Both the position numbers and the translations under genes were made by a program. The notes under the pieces were generated by a model. The model saw only the letters and a list, made by a program, of their open reading frames with translations. It had not been told where the DNA came from and did not search any database. DNA of 64,000 nucleotides from a virus. This document shows, piece by piece, positions 29,123-38,630 of this stretch. Each line of letters opens with the position of its first letter. Within the stretch, counting starts at the first letter, position 1. The stretch lies in the UHGV virus genome UHGV-0298424, one strand, 5' to 3'.

Positions 29123-29491
29123 TTAGCGATTTTTTGTAATCCATTGTTTGACCGCCGTTTCTAAACCTTCGTGTTGTAAGCCCAGGCGTTGCATAGTCAG
29201 TGCCAAGTTGAGCGTGTGGACAACCTGTTCACGGAACTGATGATCGTTCATGCGGTCCCAGACCTTCTCTACTGAAATATTGTGTTTCCACAGCAAATAA
29301 GCTTCGCGACACGATGCACGACGAACCAAGCTGGGTTTAACAAAAGGTAGCTCGATTTCAGGTAAGTAACCTAAAAGCTTAACTAGCTCTGTTACCTGCG
29401 TCTTACCAAAGTCGTCGCACTGATAACAAATTTGTAGAATGTCAATTTCATTCAACGGTATGCCGTAAATTGATGGGTTCACTGTGAACAT
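29123..29491 (-). CDS. hypothetical protein
   Basis: 122-aa ORF. Confidence 0.4.
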   Translation of the reverse strand: MFTVNPSIYGIPLNEIDILQICYQCDDFGKTQVTELVKLLGYLPEIELPFVKPSLVRRASCREAYLLWKHNISVEKVWDRMNDHQFREQVVHTLNLALTMQRLGLQHEGLETAVKQWITKNR

Positions 29492-29693
29492 TCGTATTCT
29501 CCTCAGGCTCGAAATATGGTTCGGGTGGCAACGTCCCTAAAGCCCCTTGGATACAAGCCGTCAATGAAGGTTTGCCGAAACAGACCTTACCTATTGTCCC
29601 TACATTGGGATGTTGTAAGAACGCTTTTGCACGTTCGTATTCTTTCCAACAAATACTCGTATCCAAACCACCCACTCCGTACGATTTTAACAT
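29448..29693 (-). CDS. hypothetical Cys-containing small protein
   Basis: start at ATG 29693 with AGGAGA SD; avoids overlap with the GNAT gene. Confidence 0.35.
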   Translation of the reverse strand: MLKSYGVGGLDTSICWKEYERAKAFLQHPNVGTIGKVCFGKPSLTACIQGALGTLPPEPYFEPEENTNVHSEPINLRHTVE

Positions 29694-29760
29694 AATTAGC
29701 TCTCCTGACGTAAATTTCTCACACTCATAGTGAGGTACGCCAAGAGAGCTTTTATTGTTT

Positions 29761-30204
29761 TTAGAATGTTTTGCTAAAATCGACCCACTCACGATCGTGT
29801 GAGTAAACCGCCTGATAGCCGCGTCGGATGAAATACTCTTTTGCTTCTTTACATTTCGCATACATGCCAGTAACAATTTCACCGAAAACTTCATCAGCGG
29901 CAATTGCTTTGAAAATCTCTTTCATTACACCCCGCTGACGATAGTCTGGGAGCACGTATACCGAACGTATCTTAAGTGAACCGTTACGATTCCGATAACT
30001 ACAGTATCCTACCGCGACATCATCCTGATACACCAGAACTATGCAGTTACCTTCGATCAGTTGCCGAGCTTTTAATTTCGGTACCGACGTTTTTATTTTT
30101 AGTAATGTAGCCTGGTGGTCCAAGTAACGGTAGTGTAGTTTGAGTAAATCGGCAGCTTGTCGTTCGCCGACTTTAGAAGATGCGTTCAACAAATAAATTT
30201 CCAT
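29761..30204 (-). CDS. GNAT-family N-acetyltransferase
   Basis: about 147 aa; YRQRGVMKEIFKAI resembles GNAT motif A; ATG at 30204. Confidence 0.45.
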   Translation of the reverse strand: MEIYLLNASSKVGERQAADLLKLHYRYLDHQATLLKIKTSVPKLKARQLIEGNCIVLVYQDDVAVGYCSYRNRNGSLKIRSVYVLPDYRQRGVMKEIFKAIAADEVFGEIVTGMYAKCKEAKEYFIRRGYQAVYSHDREWVDFSKTF

Positions 30205-30235
30205 TTGCAAACCTTAGAGACGCAAAAAAGTAAAA

Positions 30236-30364
30236 TTAAAACCAACGCGCGATGACGAATGCCGCTGCGGCTAATATGGCCGTGGTGATTATCAACCCAC
30301 CCCATGAAAGTTCCGCATCGTATAATGCGGATATCGCTACATTCGTAGTGTTTATCGAGGTCAT
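30236..30364 (-). CDS. small single-pass membrane protein (42 aa)
   Basis: not in the 60-aa track; ATG at 30364 with AGGAG SD; own translation MTSINTTNVAISALYDAELSWGGLIITTAILAAAAFVIARWF. Confidence 0.4.
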   Translation of the reverse strand: MTSINTTNVAISALYDAELSWGGLIITTAILAAAAFVIARWF

Positions 30365-30380
30365 TTTCTGCTCCTAGTAA

Positions 30381-30400
30381 TACCCTCACGCCGGAGGGTA
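30381..30400 (+). terminator. hairpin with plus-strand terminator geometry
   Basis: TACCCTC-ACGCC-GGAGGGTA followed by TTTTCCGGATTATTT on plus strand, inside the minus-gene block. Confidence 0.3.
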
Positions 30401-30531
30401 TTTTCCGGATTATTTGGGTGTTTAGTCTTCAAACGCCCATCTGTGTTGTTTAACCAGCAAGTTTAAACCTTTACCGATTAACCACATCGCACCAAGTGTT
30501 AACAGAACCCCTTCAACCATATTCCCTTCTC

Positions 30532-30717
30532 CTAATTCCGCCATTCGCATTCACGTTGACGCCAAATTGAACCCCATGATAGTTTAATCAGATAAGATGA
30601 AACTACCCATAAAATCATCACCACGCAAAACATGACATAAAGAACCGCTAGAATGGACATGAAACCAAACCCCGCCGCGTCCATAAAACGACGGAACCAA
30701 TCAGTTTGCATAAACAA
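30532..30717 (-). CDS. small membrane protein
   Basis: 61-aa ORF with hydrophobic helix FGFMSILAVLYVMFCVVMILWVV; overlaps the Rad50-like stop. Confidence 0.4.
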   Translation of the reverse strand: MFMQTDWFRRFMDAAGFGFMSILAVLYVMFCVVMILWVVSSYLIKLSWGSIWRQRECEWRN

Positions 30718-33205
30718 TTTTTACTCCTTCGTTATACACCGCAGGCAATGTCACTCCTTCCGGTTCGATGACACAGTACGATGCTTCATTAAGTTTAGAA
30801 TGGACCTCAGCTTCGTGGGAAACTACCAAGAGTTGTGAAAATTCTCCCGAGTTTGCTAACGTTTTAATAAAGCCGACCAGGTTATTACGGTGTTCCTCGT
30901 CCATGCCTTCCGAAGGCTCATCCAAAAGCAACGGAAACTGATGCAACTTCAGCGCTTTGTACGCAGTCAGTCTGAACATCAGATTAAATATAGCACGCTG
31001 TGCCTTAGACCCTTTACGCACGTCAGGAACAGGCTCAGGGTGCGTTTTTAGCTGGACAGGAAAAGTATAATCCAAATCACCGTCAGTGAGATCACAGGGC
31101 ATAACACGCATGGGGTACGTCCAGACCTGTTCGATATAACGCGTCATTAACTCTGTGATTCTAACGATAGCGTTGTAAAAATACTTTCTAAGTACACCCT
31201 TTTCTGGCGAGAAGGCTTGAATCATCAGTTTGTTATTGAACTGTTGGGCTTGTAAGTCTGTAAGTTCGCGCTCCAAACTGTTGAGCTGATTCAATTCATT
31301 TTCCATCTGACGATAACGTTCGCGTGCAGTTGTAAAAGCATCCAGCTTCCCTTCCCGCACTCGTAAGAGTTCCTCGACGACCGTATTTGTCAACGTAACC
31401 TTAACATCACTCTCTAACCGTTCGAATAACGCACTGAAATCATCTACAGCACGTTTAACATTCACTAGATAGGTAAGTGTCGTGTTAGCCAGTTCGTGCT
31501 CTCTACGACGCATTGAGAGCATCTCTGTGGCTTTACCTAACCGTGACTGTTGGAAGGCGATCTTTTGTTGTAAAGCACCATCGACGTTACCAACGGCCGC
31601 CACGGCATCCTGCCATTCTTTTTCCGCTTTCACTAACCGTTGTCGGGTTTCATGGTACTCAATAGCAGAGTACAACTCACCGTCAAACGCTGCGCATAGA
31701 CTCCCGAACTGCTCGCGAGACTCTGTGAAAACGTTACGTTCTTGCAAACGCTTAAAGAACATACTCAATACAGGGTCCTTTGAATACGTCAGTACAATCT
31801 CACGAACCTGCCGCATATAAGTTACATCAGATTCTAATTCAACACGATCGCGTAATAAGGTCTCTAGCTGTGTTTGAAGTTCCGTCCGTTGCTGCTGTTG
31901 ACCACGAATCGATGACTCGAGTTCAGGTAAAGAACGCGTAACACCTGGCCGAAACTTAAACCGACACTGCGGACAATCCACTTCTGCTGTTTCTAAGTAG
32001 TGGTTACGTTCGTGATTTAAATTCTGTAAAACGTTCTCCACTCGCTGGAGTCTATCCCGTAATCCTGCGGTTTTTTGATCCATCACCAGAAGGCGTTCTT
32101 CCAAAACATTGAGTTTCTCGGTTGAATGAATAGCGTCCAGTGTTGTTCCCAACCGTTGTCCCCAAACACGCGCATCGGTAGCCGCACGAAGTTGGTCTAA
32201 ACTGACGTTATCGTTAAATAAACCCGGAAAGAGATGCTCGGTGTCCCATTTGGTAAGTAACTCACGTAAACGTGCCAGTGTATTCTTGAGACCTTCGTGG
32301 TTCCGCATCAGGTAGTCTTGTCGTGTTGACTCATCCATCAATAACGACAAGTCTTTATTCAACATCGATACCTCTGTTTCGGTAGAAACGACGGCTTCGC
32401 GGGCTGTCGCTTCATTTTGTCGGGCGGCCAGTATCTGTTCATCAGTAGGCAACCCACCACGATGTTGTAATATTGCGTCGATGGTTGGACCCAAGCCGTT
32501 TAATAAGGCTTGGATTGTTTCGATCGTGACGGCACGATTTAATCCTGGCAACTGTTCGATTTCTCGGTTCAGTTCACGTAAATCCGATTCCAAACCTTTT
32601 AATCTCGTTGCTAATTGTTGTCGTTCTTCCTCGTTCTCAATAACGCGCGTCCGTAATTCGGCAATCTTACGACTGGTGATTTCAATACCCCCATTTAAGG
32701 CGGTAAGGTTTTTACGCAAACGTTGATAAAACCCTAACGCGTATGTAAGATCAGAGGTACTTAAACGGTAAAACCATTTACGGCGTAATTCGGTTCCCGC
32801 ATCGGTTAACAAAACCTCACCATTTAATAGTTCTTTAATTTCTTTCGTAATACCCGTGATTTCTTCAACACGGGAGTTGTAGACCTTCGCATTACCTTGC
32901 TCGACGATCTTTGCTCCCGTGGTCAGATTTTCAATATCGCAAACCAAAGAGTTACCTTTACGGGCAACTTTGAATCGATACCGTTGATCACCAACTAAAC
33001 AGTAGTTCGTGTAAGAACCGCCGTCTCTGAATTCAGTTTTAGCCGGTGCTAAGGGTAAGAATACAGACAGTAGACTGGTTTTCCCGCAACCGTTCCCACC
33101 CAGGATAATTGTTGTTGGAGACTGGATAGTGAAATCGAAAGTTTCAATTTCATGTAATCCCATCCCCGTAAAACCTTTGAGTATAATGCGTTCAACTTTT
33201 AGCAT
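30701..33205 (-). CDS. Rad50/SbcC-like SMC-family ATPase with zinc hook
   Basis: start at ATG 33205 after GGAGGTGGG; N-terminal Walker A GGNGCGKTS, long coiled coils, central CPQC hook, C-terminal LLLDEPSEGMDEEH signature/Walker B. Confidence 0.65.
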   Translation of the reverse strand: MLKVERIILKGFTGMGLHEIETFDFTIQSPTTIILGGNGCGKTSLLSVFLPLAPAKTEFRDGGSYTNYCLVGDQRYRFKVARKGNSLVCDIENLTTGAKIVEQGNAKVYNSRVEEITGITKEIKELLNGEVLLTDAGTELRRKWFYRLSTSDLTYALGFYQRLRKNLTALNGGIEITSRKIAELRTRVIENEEERQQLATRLKGLESDLRELNREIEQLPGLNRAVTIETIQALLNGLGPTIDAILQHRGGLPTDEQILAARQNEATAREAVVSTETEVSMLNKDLSLLMDESTRQDYLMRNHEGLKNTLARLRELLTKWDTEHLFPGLFNDNVSLDQLRAATDARVWGQRLGTTLDAIHSTEKLNVLEERLLVMDQKTAGLRDRLQRVENVLQNLNHERNHYLETAEVDCPQCRFKFRPGVTRSLPELESSIRGQQQQRTELQTQLETLLRDRVELESDVTYMRQVREIVLTYSKDPVLSMFFKRLQERNVFTESREQFGSLCAAFDGELYSAIEYHETRQRLVKAEKEWQDAVAAVGNVDGALQQKIAFQQSRLGKATEMLSMRRREHELANTTLTYLVNVKRAVDDFSALFERLESDVKVTLTNTVVEELLRVREGKLDAFTTARERYRQMENELNQLNSLERELTDLQAQQFNNKLMIQAFSPEKGVLRKYFYNAIVRITELMTRYIEQVWTYPMRVMPCDLTDGDLDYTFPVQLKTHPEPVPDVRKGSKAQRAIFNLMFRLTAYKALKLHQFPLLLDEPSEGMDEEHRNNLVGFIKTLANSGEFSQLLVVSHEAEVHSKLNEASYCVIEPEGVTLPAVYNEGVKIVYAN

Positions 33206-33258
33206 ACCCACCTCCATAAAGACGGAGTGTGGTGTAAAAAGAAAAAAAAACAGAGAAA

Positions 33259-33280
33259 GGGAGAACCCGAAGGTTCTCCC
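33259..33280 (-). terminator. intrinsic terminator hairpin
   Basis: GGGAGAACC-CGAA-GGTTCTCCC with 9-A run upstream (T-run on minus RNA). Confidence 0.55.
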
Positions 33281-33285
33281 AAACG

Positions 33286-33894
33286 TTATTTGGTATACGG
33301 CTGATAACCCATTGAAGTCCAATAATCGATATTCTTCGCGTTTTCTACCCAAACCTGTCCCGCCTTTGTGGCTAAGACTTCCATTGTCAGTGCACAGATC
33401 AGGTTTGTTACCGGAATGCAATTTCCTGGCGTAACGTCGTCCAGATAAACCGGGTATAAAAACGGTGATTTAATGGATTGGTACGGATAAGAATAGTGAT
33501 TGCCGACCTTCCACCCTTCCTCTACAGGACAGAGATTAAACGTACGTGTTTCTGGAACTGCGTTTTCAGAGATCCAGTTAACAACATCGGCTTTAATTCG
33601 GTCGTGGTCGATATAGTAGAACACGACACGTTGTGGGATACTTGTGGTACCAGCCGGGTCTAAAGCCTCCAACGCCTTGAAAGGCGTCGTTAACAATGTT
33701 GAACTGTTCTCAAGTGCGTAAACCAATTTTTCGTAAGCAGTCGGCGTTTTACGTTTAAAATACTCCCGTAAGCGTGGATACGCCAGGAAGCCCTCTACTT
33801 CCTCTTCCATTAAGTCGATGAATAAAGGCGTATGCGAATAACGCTCTGCATTTTGCATCGCTTCAAGAAAACGAACTAATGTAATTTCGTTCAT
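33286..33894 (-). CDS. hypothetical protein
   Basis: 202-aa ORF upstream of the Rad50-like gene; no metallophosphatase motifs seen. Confidence 0.4.
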   Translation of the reverse strand: MNEITLVRFLEAMQNAERYSHTPLFIDLMEEEVEGFLAYPRLREYFKRKTPTAYEKLVYALENSSTLLTTPFKALEALDPAGTTSIPQRVVFYYIDHDRIKADVVNWISENAVPETRTFNLCPVEEGWKVGNHYSYPYQSIKSPFLYPVYLDDVTPGNCIPVTNLICALTMEVLATKAGQVWVENAKNIDYWTSMGYQPYTK

Positions 33895-33924
33895 CTGGTC
33901 TTTCCTTTTAGATCAAAAAAAGAA

Positions 33925-33941
33925 GCCCCGAATAAACGGGG
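33925..33941 (-). terminator. intrinsic terminator hairpin
   Basis: GCCCCG-loop-GGGGC; T-run on minus strand. Confidence 0.4.
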
Positions 33942-33950
33942 CCGGGCTAA

Positions 33951-34427
33951 TTATAGCCCTAAGTGCGTGAGTGATAAAATAGGCTGTGTTTCACCTTTAA
34001 TCGTCGCGAAGGAACGATACATTTCTGCGTTACTTGAAAAAACTTCGTTAGCAACGATACATTCACCCGTCTCTAAAGAAAGGAGATAAATGTAGTCGCT
34101 CCATACGCTTTGTACCAATACCCATTCGAGCGCGGTGTCATTTTCGCGTGTTGTCCGCAGGTGGTGAAAGTAAGGCCGGATTGCGTCGACCGCTGCATTA
34201 AAACGGCGATGATAAATTCGGGTTAAATCAAATGTCCAGATTGTTTCCAGGTCAACTGGGTGTAATGTGCGCACAGTGTCGATAATCGTCGACTGATCGT
34301 TAAGGCGTGCGGCTTCAGCGATGCGCAGCAGTTTCCAGGCCACCGTTAAGTTGTGACGAATTTGTTCAGGTTTAGCCGACAGGTCATGATGAAATTGCGC
34401 AGCTTGATAGACGTTAGATAATTGCAT
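33951..34427 (-). CDS. hypothetical protein
   Basis: 158-aa ORF. Confidence 0.4.
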   Translation of the reverse strand: MQLSNVYQAAQFHHDLSAKPEQIRHNLTVAWKLLRIAEAARLNDQSTIIDTVRTLHPVDLETIWTFDLTRIYHRRFNAAVDAIRPYFHHLRTTRENDTALEWVLVQSVWSDYIYLLSLETGECIVANEVFSSNAEMYRSFATIKGETQPILSLTHLGL

Positions 34428-34464
34428 TTTAATACTCCTTTAGGTAAAACATGTCGTAAAAAAG

Positions 34465-34485
34465 GACCCCGGACATTCCGGGGTC
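34465..34485 (-). terminator. intrinsic terminator hairpin
   Basis: GACCCCGGA-CAT-TCCGGGGTC; T-run on minus strand. Confidence 0.5.
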
Positions 34486-34495
34486 AAGACTACAC

Positions 34496-34885
34496 TCAAT
34501 GATCTAATTCGATAGCGCCAGCCATCTTGCCCCGTTCTTCGATAACGATCAGATAACGGTCGCGAGATTTGCTTTTAGCGAGAGTTAAGACAACAGTAGG
34601 GTCGCACGTTTTCGTGGTGATAGGAAGAACCTCTCTTGCAACGGAATCGAGTAGAAAGTAATAACCTGCGGGACACATTGTGCCACCATCAGCTTTTACC
34701 AGAATATAGCGCCCGTCTGCGCCGACTTCTTGGCAGATTGTTTCACCGACTTCACAAACTTCAAACCCCGGGGGATTATACTGATAATCGGTATTGTTGT
34801 TTGAGGTTAGCAGTAAATCATTAACCTGGGTAGATGCCGCTACACTCAGGGAGAAGAAGAATGCTAAAGCGCAGATGAGACGCAT
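34496..34885 (-). CDS. small secreted protein 1
   Basis: signal peptide MRLICALAFFFSLSVAAS; 6 Cys in mature part. Confidence 0.45.
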   Translation of the reverse strand: MRLICALAFFFSLSVAASTQVNDLLLTSNNNTDYQYNPPGFEVCEVGETICQEVGADGRYILVKADGGTMCPAGYYFLLDSVAREVLPITTKTCDPTVVLTLAKSKSRDRYLIVIEERGKMAGAIELDH

Positions 34886-34895
34886 GAGTTACTCC

Positions 34896-35306
34896 TTAAA
34901 TTTTAAGTTTATCCATAGCTACAACGATAGGTTTTTCCGAAGTGTCTAATATCCCTACCATCGGTACACCATTTTTGATTTCGAAGAACGGTTTGTTATT
35001 GCCAGAGCACAAACGTTTGTCGTTGTATTCGAGACGTTGTGCCTTCCACGTTTCGAGGTTGAGTACGGACATAGGGCTGTCGTAGCACCAGGCCCCACCC
35101 TGCTCAACGATGAACACGTATCTGCTACCTTTGTATTTAAACAGGCTCTTCGCCTGACAGTACAGGCCGTCAATTTCTGTACAGTAGAAATCGTCGGCAC
35201 TATTGACGTACTTAATTCCAGCTGGCAACTGTGTTATTTTTGCTGATACGTTAACAGAGAACAGAATAGCAATTGCAATGAGAAGAGTGTTGATGATAGT
35301 TTTCAT
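34896..35306 (-). CDS. small secreted protein 2
   Basis: signal peptide MKTIINTLLIAIAILFSVNVSA. Confidence 0.45.
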   Translation of the reverse strand: MKTIINTLLIAIAILFSVNVSAKITQLPAGIKYVNSADDFYCTEIDGLYCQAKSLFKYKGSRYVFIVEQGGAWCYDSPMSVLNLETWKAQRLEYNDKRLCSGNNKPFFEIKNGVPMVGILDTSEKPIVVAMDKLKI

Positions 35307-35316
35307 GATAAACTCC

Positions 35317-35802
35317 TTAGTATTTAGATTGTTCTACGTACTTCTTAACCAGATAACCGAATTCAGCAACGCCGATTTCGCCGAACCAAACCAGATAACC
35401 GGGGTCGATGTTGTAGTAATAACCGACGAGTTTCTTGGTGTGTGGGTTGTATAGCGTTACGATATATTCCCAGCCACAAGCGTTAGCTTTACAACCACCA
35501 CTTTCAATCCAGATTTTGTTGTTGATATTTACCGGATACATGTTACCGCCAGGGCCATCCATGTAACCTTTAGAGCCGAACATTCCATCCAGTCCCACCG
35601 GATCTAGTGTTTTATCAACAACACCTTTAAATGACTTATCGGTATCGTACAAGTCGTTGATGTTTGGACACGCATTTGGCTGACCTTCCCGAGCGTTCCC
35701 ATCGCAGGTAAGCAATTCGTCTACGGAGGCCGCATCTACAGTAGGTGTGGCACCGATAAACAAGAAAACCAGAAAGAACATCAGTGTATGTAAACGTTTC
35801 AT
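35317..35802 (-). CDS. small secreted protein 3
   Basis: signal peptide MKRLHTLMFFLVFLFIGATPTVDA. Confidence 0.45.
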   Translation of the reverse strand: MKRLHTLMFFLVFLFIGATPTVDAASVDELLTCDGNAREGQPNACPNINDLYDTDKSFKGVVDKTLDPVGLDGMFGSKGYMDGPGGNMYPVNINNKIWIESGGCKANACGWEYIVTLYNPHTKKLVGYYYNIDPGYLVWFGEIGVAEFGYLVKKYVEQSKY

Positions 35803-35820
35803 TGTGACTACTCCTTTAGA

Positions 35821-36213
35821 TTATTCAGCAGGACGATTTAAAGTAACACGGCCAATTAATTCGGCGTTATGAAAGAAGTCCACAGCGGTATAGTTACCAA
35901 CTGATAACGGATGTATGCTAACCGACATGACTTTTGGTTGTTCACAGGCGATATCGGTCAAACGTTGGTAGACTTGTGCACGGGTGTCAGCAATGAGTAA
36001 TCCTGTACATGTTTCACCACGTACTAAACGATAAACTTGCAGTTTACCGAAACTGCGCATTAACGTAGGTGTCTCATCCGGGTTGATAATCGGTGAGTCA
36101 GGAGCGGGTTCGTAATGGTTGACATCCGAACCGCCGAAAGCGTAAGTGCCAGTAATGCCGATTGCACAGAAAACAATGATAGTATAAAGTATAGTTCTAA
36201 TATTCATTTTCAC
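35821..36213 (-). CDS. small secreted protein 4
   Basis: signal peptide MKMNIRTILYTIIVFCAIGITGTYA. Confidence 0.45.
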   Translation of the reverse strand: MKMNIRTILYTIIVFCAIGITGTYAFGGSDVNHYEPAPDSPIINPDETPTLMRSFGKLQVYRLVRGETCTGLLIADTRAQVYQRLTDIACEQPKVMSVSIHPLSVGNYTAVDFFHNAELIGRVTLNRPAE

Positions 36214-36235
36214 GCACTCTAAAAAAGATTAATAC

Positions 36236-36697
36236 TTATTTGTTAGGACGGGTGTGTCCACAGTTCTGGAAGAAAGTTTCAGATAGACGTTCGCCTTCTA
36301 CGGTAAAGTTAGCGGCGTCATTACCATTGATACTCACGCTGAAATTTTTGGCATTACCGATAGCATTAACGAAAGCAACCCAAGCGAGTTCTGCTTTGTC
36401 ACTACCATCCACGGTAGGGATGTTATAGGTTTTGCCGTTTACGACAATATCCATCGTGTTATCTTCAGCGTTAGTTGCACCTACAGGTTCCCCGTAATAC
36501 CAAACCATGCGACCGTAAAATTTGCGATTCGCGGTTTCAGTGTCACAGTTGATAGACAGTCCGTTTCCGGTGGTGTCTTCGATTTCGTAAACTGCCTGAC
36601 CAGGGTTCTGTATTTGTTCCCAGCTGTTGATAGCGGCGTGTGCAGTATTGAATCCGAAAGTTAAAATGGTTACTAAGAACGCGATAAAAGTTTTCAT
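36236..36697 (-). CDS. small secreted protein 5
   Basis: start at ATG 36697 with AAGGAG SD gives signal peptide MKTFIAFLVTILTFGFNTAHA. Confidence 0.45.
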   Translation of the reverse strand: MKTFIAFLVTILTFGFNTAHAAINSWEQIQNPGQAVYEIEDTTGNGLSINCDTETANRKFYGRMVWYYGEPVGATNAEDNTMDIVVNGKTYNIPTVDGSDKAELAWVAFVNAIGNAKNFSVSINGNDAANFTVEGERLSETFFQNCGHTRPNK

Positions 36698-36743
36698 TGA
36701 AATGCTCCTTCGGGTTATGGGAAAGTTCCCACAAATCATGAAA

Positions 36744-37166
36744 TTAAATGAGAAAGTGGGCAACTCTTTTAATCTGTCTATAACTATCATCGATACCTCT
36801 TATTATTTCCAGACGTTCTTCTGAAGAAAGGCATTGGTTAATGTCTTCGTCAAGATTGAACAATGTCATGAGTTTTGCAATCGAAACTGCCAGGTTGTCC
36901 GATAGCTCGTTGTTTTTACGCCATTCTTCGTTACGGAAAATACAGATAAGGTCTTTCACCTGGTTTTCAGCGAGCGGTTTGGCTAACTGTGCGTCGCGCT
37001 GTTCGAGAAGGTATGCTTCGTTGGTAAGTAATTGTTTCAGGTCTTCTGGGTAAAGGGCAGCGCGAGTAACGATCAGTAATACAACAAACGGGTCTTTGAA
37101 CAATTCGTTTTTCATCTTTAGTTCTCCTAAAATGGTTTCGTTAAGTGAGAGTAACTGAACTCTCAC
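36744..37166 (-). CDS. hypothetical protein
   Basis: 140-aa ORF; conserved 21-bp motif and hairpin immediately upstream. Confidence 0.4.
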   Translation of the reverse strand: MRVQLLSLNETILGELKMKNELFKDPFVVLLIVTRAALYPEDLKQLLTNEAYLLEQRDAQLAKPLAENQVKDLICIFRNEEWRKNNELSDNLAVSIAKLMTLFNLDEDINQCLSSEERLEIIRGIDDSYRQIKRVAHFLI

Positions 37167-37190
37167 CTAAGTAATATATATCTGAAATTA
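37141..37190 (+). promoter_or_regulatory. hairpin plus conserved TAAGTAATATATATCTGAAAT motif (copy 1)
   Basis: GTGAGAGT...ACTCTCAC stem followed by the motif; near-identical element at 41520-41590. Confidence 0.35.
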
Positions 37191-37219
37191 TTTTTAATGT
37201 TGACGAACAAAAAATAAAA

Positions 37220-37239
37220 GGTGGGGGTAAACCCCCACC
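37220..37239 (-). terminator. intrinsic terminator hairpin
   Basis: GGTGGGGGT-AAA-CCCCCACC preceded by AAAAAATAAAA. Confidence 0.55.
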
Positions 37240-37243
37240 GACG

Positions 37244-37822
37244 TTATACATCGAACCGATACTGCCGGGAGTTAATGAGGAACTCAGTATTCAGCTCAAT
37301 CCATTCGAGTAAATCCCCCAACGGTAATCGGTTTGGGTTTTCTAACTCGATAGATGCAACCGGATAAGAGTTTACTAATTCCGTAATCGCCTCAATGCCC
37401 TCTTGCGTTCCATCGTCTTCTAAGGTGATTGTAAACGGCATATCGGTACGTTCCGCATTAGGATTGTACAAACTGACTTTCGTTGCTTGCACAAACGCAG
37501 TCAGGTCGTCTCGCATAATGCGAATATCTGGCGCTAGAACTACCCAGAGATGTTGCCCTGGCTGGAGTTTACGTTTTGCGTAGTTTACGAAAGGACTTGC
37601 CGTCAAGTTATCTAAACCACAACAGATGTTACGTAAACGAATTCCGCGCGGATCTTTGTAATCCACGTCGAAAATCCCCACAGGTTCATTCGCTGCCCGC
37701 TTTATCAGAAAGGCTAATACCGTGTCCGCTCTTTCTGGTAAGGAAAGCTCTATTCCCTCAAGCTCCCCATCGACGAGATTTTCTAACCAAACGTCTTTTC
37801 GCATTTCTATTAATCGGTACAC
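37244..37822 (-). CDS. hypothetical protein
   Basis: 192-aa ORF; terminator 37220-37239 after stop. Confidence 0.4.
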   Translation of the reverse strand: MYRLIEMRKDVWLENLVDGELEGIELSLPERADTVLAFLIKRAANEPVGIFDVDYKDPRGIRLRNICCGLDNLTASPFVNYAKRKLQPGQHLWVVLAPDIRIMRDDLTAFVQATKVSLYNPNAERTDMPFTITLEDDGTQEGIEAITELVNSYPVASIELENPNRLPLGDLLEWIELNTEFLINSRQYRFDV

Positions 37823-37834
37823 GGTTCCACCTCA

Positions 37835-38608
37835 CTAATAATTAAGTTTTACATCGGCAATAAACAGCAACTGTTTACCGTGTTGCTGCACTTCTTTCCA
37901 ACCTAGTTTCATAGCAGCGTCAACAACATCTATCATGCTGTAACGAGACATCAACGCGGTTGATTTTGTTCCTGACATTAAGTAAAGCGGCTCGTTGGGG
38001 CAACGGTCGCGTGCATCAGGAAGTTCCCGAGAGACTGCTGAGCCTTCGGGTACGGTAACAACATGAATCACGGTAAATGGTCTTTTGTGGGTTAAATAAA
38101 TACGAAACCCAACGTGTTCAGACTCATGAAAGACTTTCTTTACAACCACATCTTTTAGTGTCGTCTGAACATCAATCCCAGGTAATATCGTGGATTCGCG
38201 AGAAACAAAACAACGACTATTTTCAACCATGGAGAAATAATTACGTATCGGTAAACTGGCGTTATGATCGCGCAGTTTTTTGCTCAGTAGATCGAAGTTC
38301 AGTTCTTTAACTTTCTCTAGCCATTCTTTGGCTTGTTGTATGTAATAACTACCAACGGTGCGATAAGTCAATACCTTGCCTGTGCTTACTTTCCAAAGTT
38401 TAACGCTTAGTGAATTCGGCTTATAGCGACGATACTCACCCCGCGTATAGTTGATGCGCTCGTAACGCTCTACATCGTCAACGGGCGCAGATTCGATCGA
38501 TTGTAATTGCAACGTACGATCTAATCTATCGGCGAATAGTAGTGATGTTAGCGGACCTTCGATCAAATACGGTTCGGTTTTAAAGATATCATCTAGATGG
38601 ATTTTCAT
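37835..38608 (-). CDS. hypothetical protein, QLLF-tail paralog family member 1
   Basis: N-terminus MKIHLDDIF and C-terminus GWKEVQQHGKQLLFIADV shared with three adjacent genes. Confidence 0.45.
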   Translation of the reverse strand: MKIHLDDIFKTEPYLIEGPLTSLLFADRLDRTLQLQSIESAPVDDVERYERINYTRGEYRRYKPNSLSVKLWKVSTGKVLTYRTVGSYYIQQAKEWLEKVKELNFDLLSKKLRDHNASLPIRNYFSMVENSRCFVSRESTILPGIDVQTTLKDVVVKKVFHESEHVGFRIYLTHKRPFTVIHVVTVPEGSAVSRELPDARDRCPNEPLYLMSGTKSTALMSRYSMIDVVDAAMKLGWKEVQQHGKQLLFIADVKLNY

Positions 38609-38630
38609 TTCTATTTCCTTCTTAACAAAA

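Noticed and set aside
33286-33894. Candidate Mre11/SbcD partner next to the Rad50-like gene
   Set aside because: No metallophosphatase motifs (D-x-H, GD-x-x-D-R, GNH-D/E) found in its translation.
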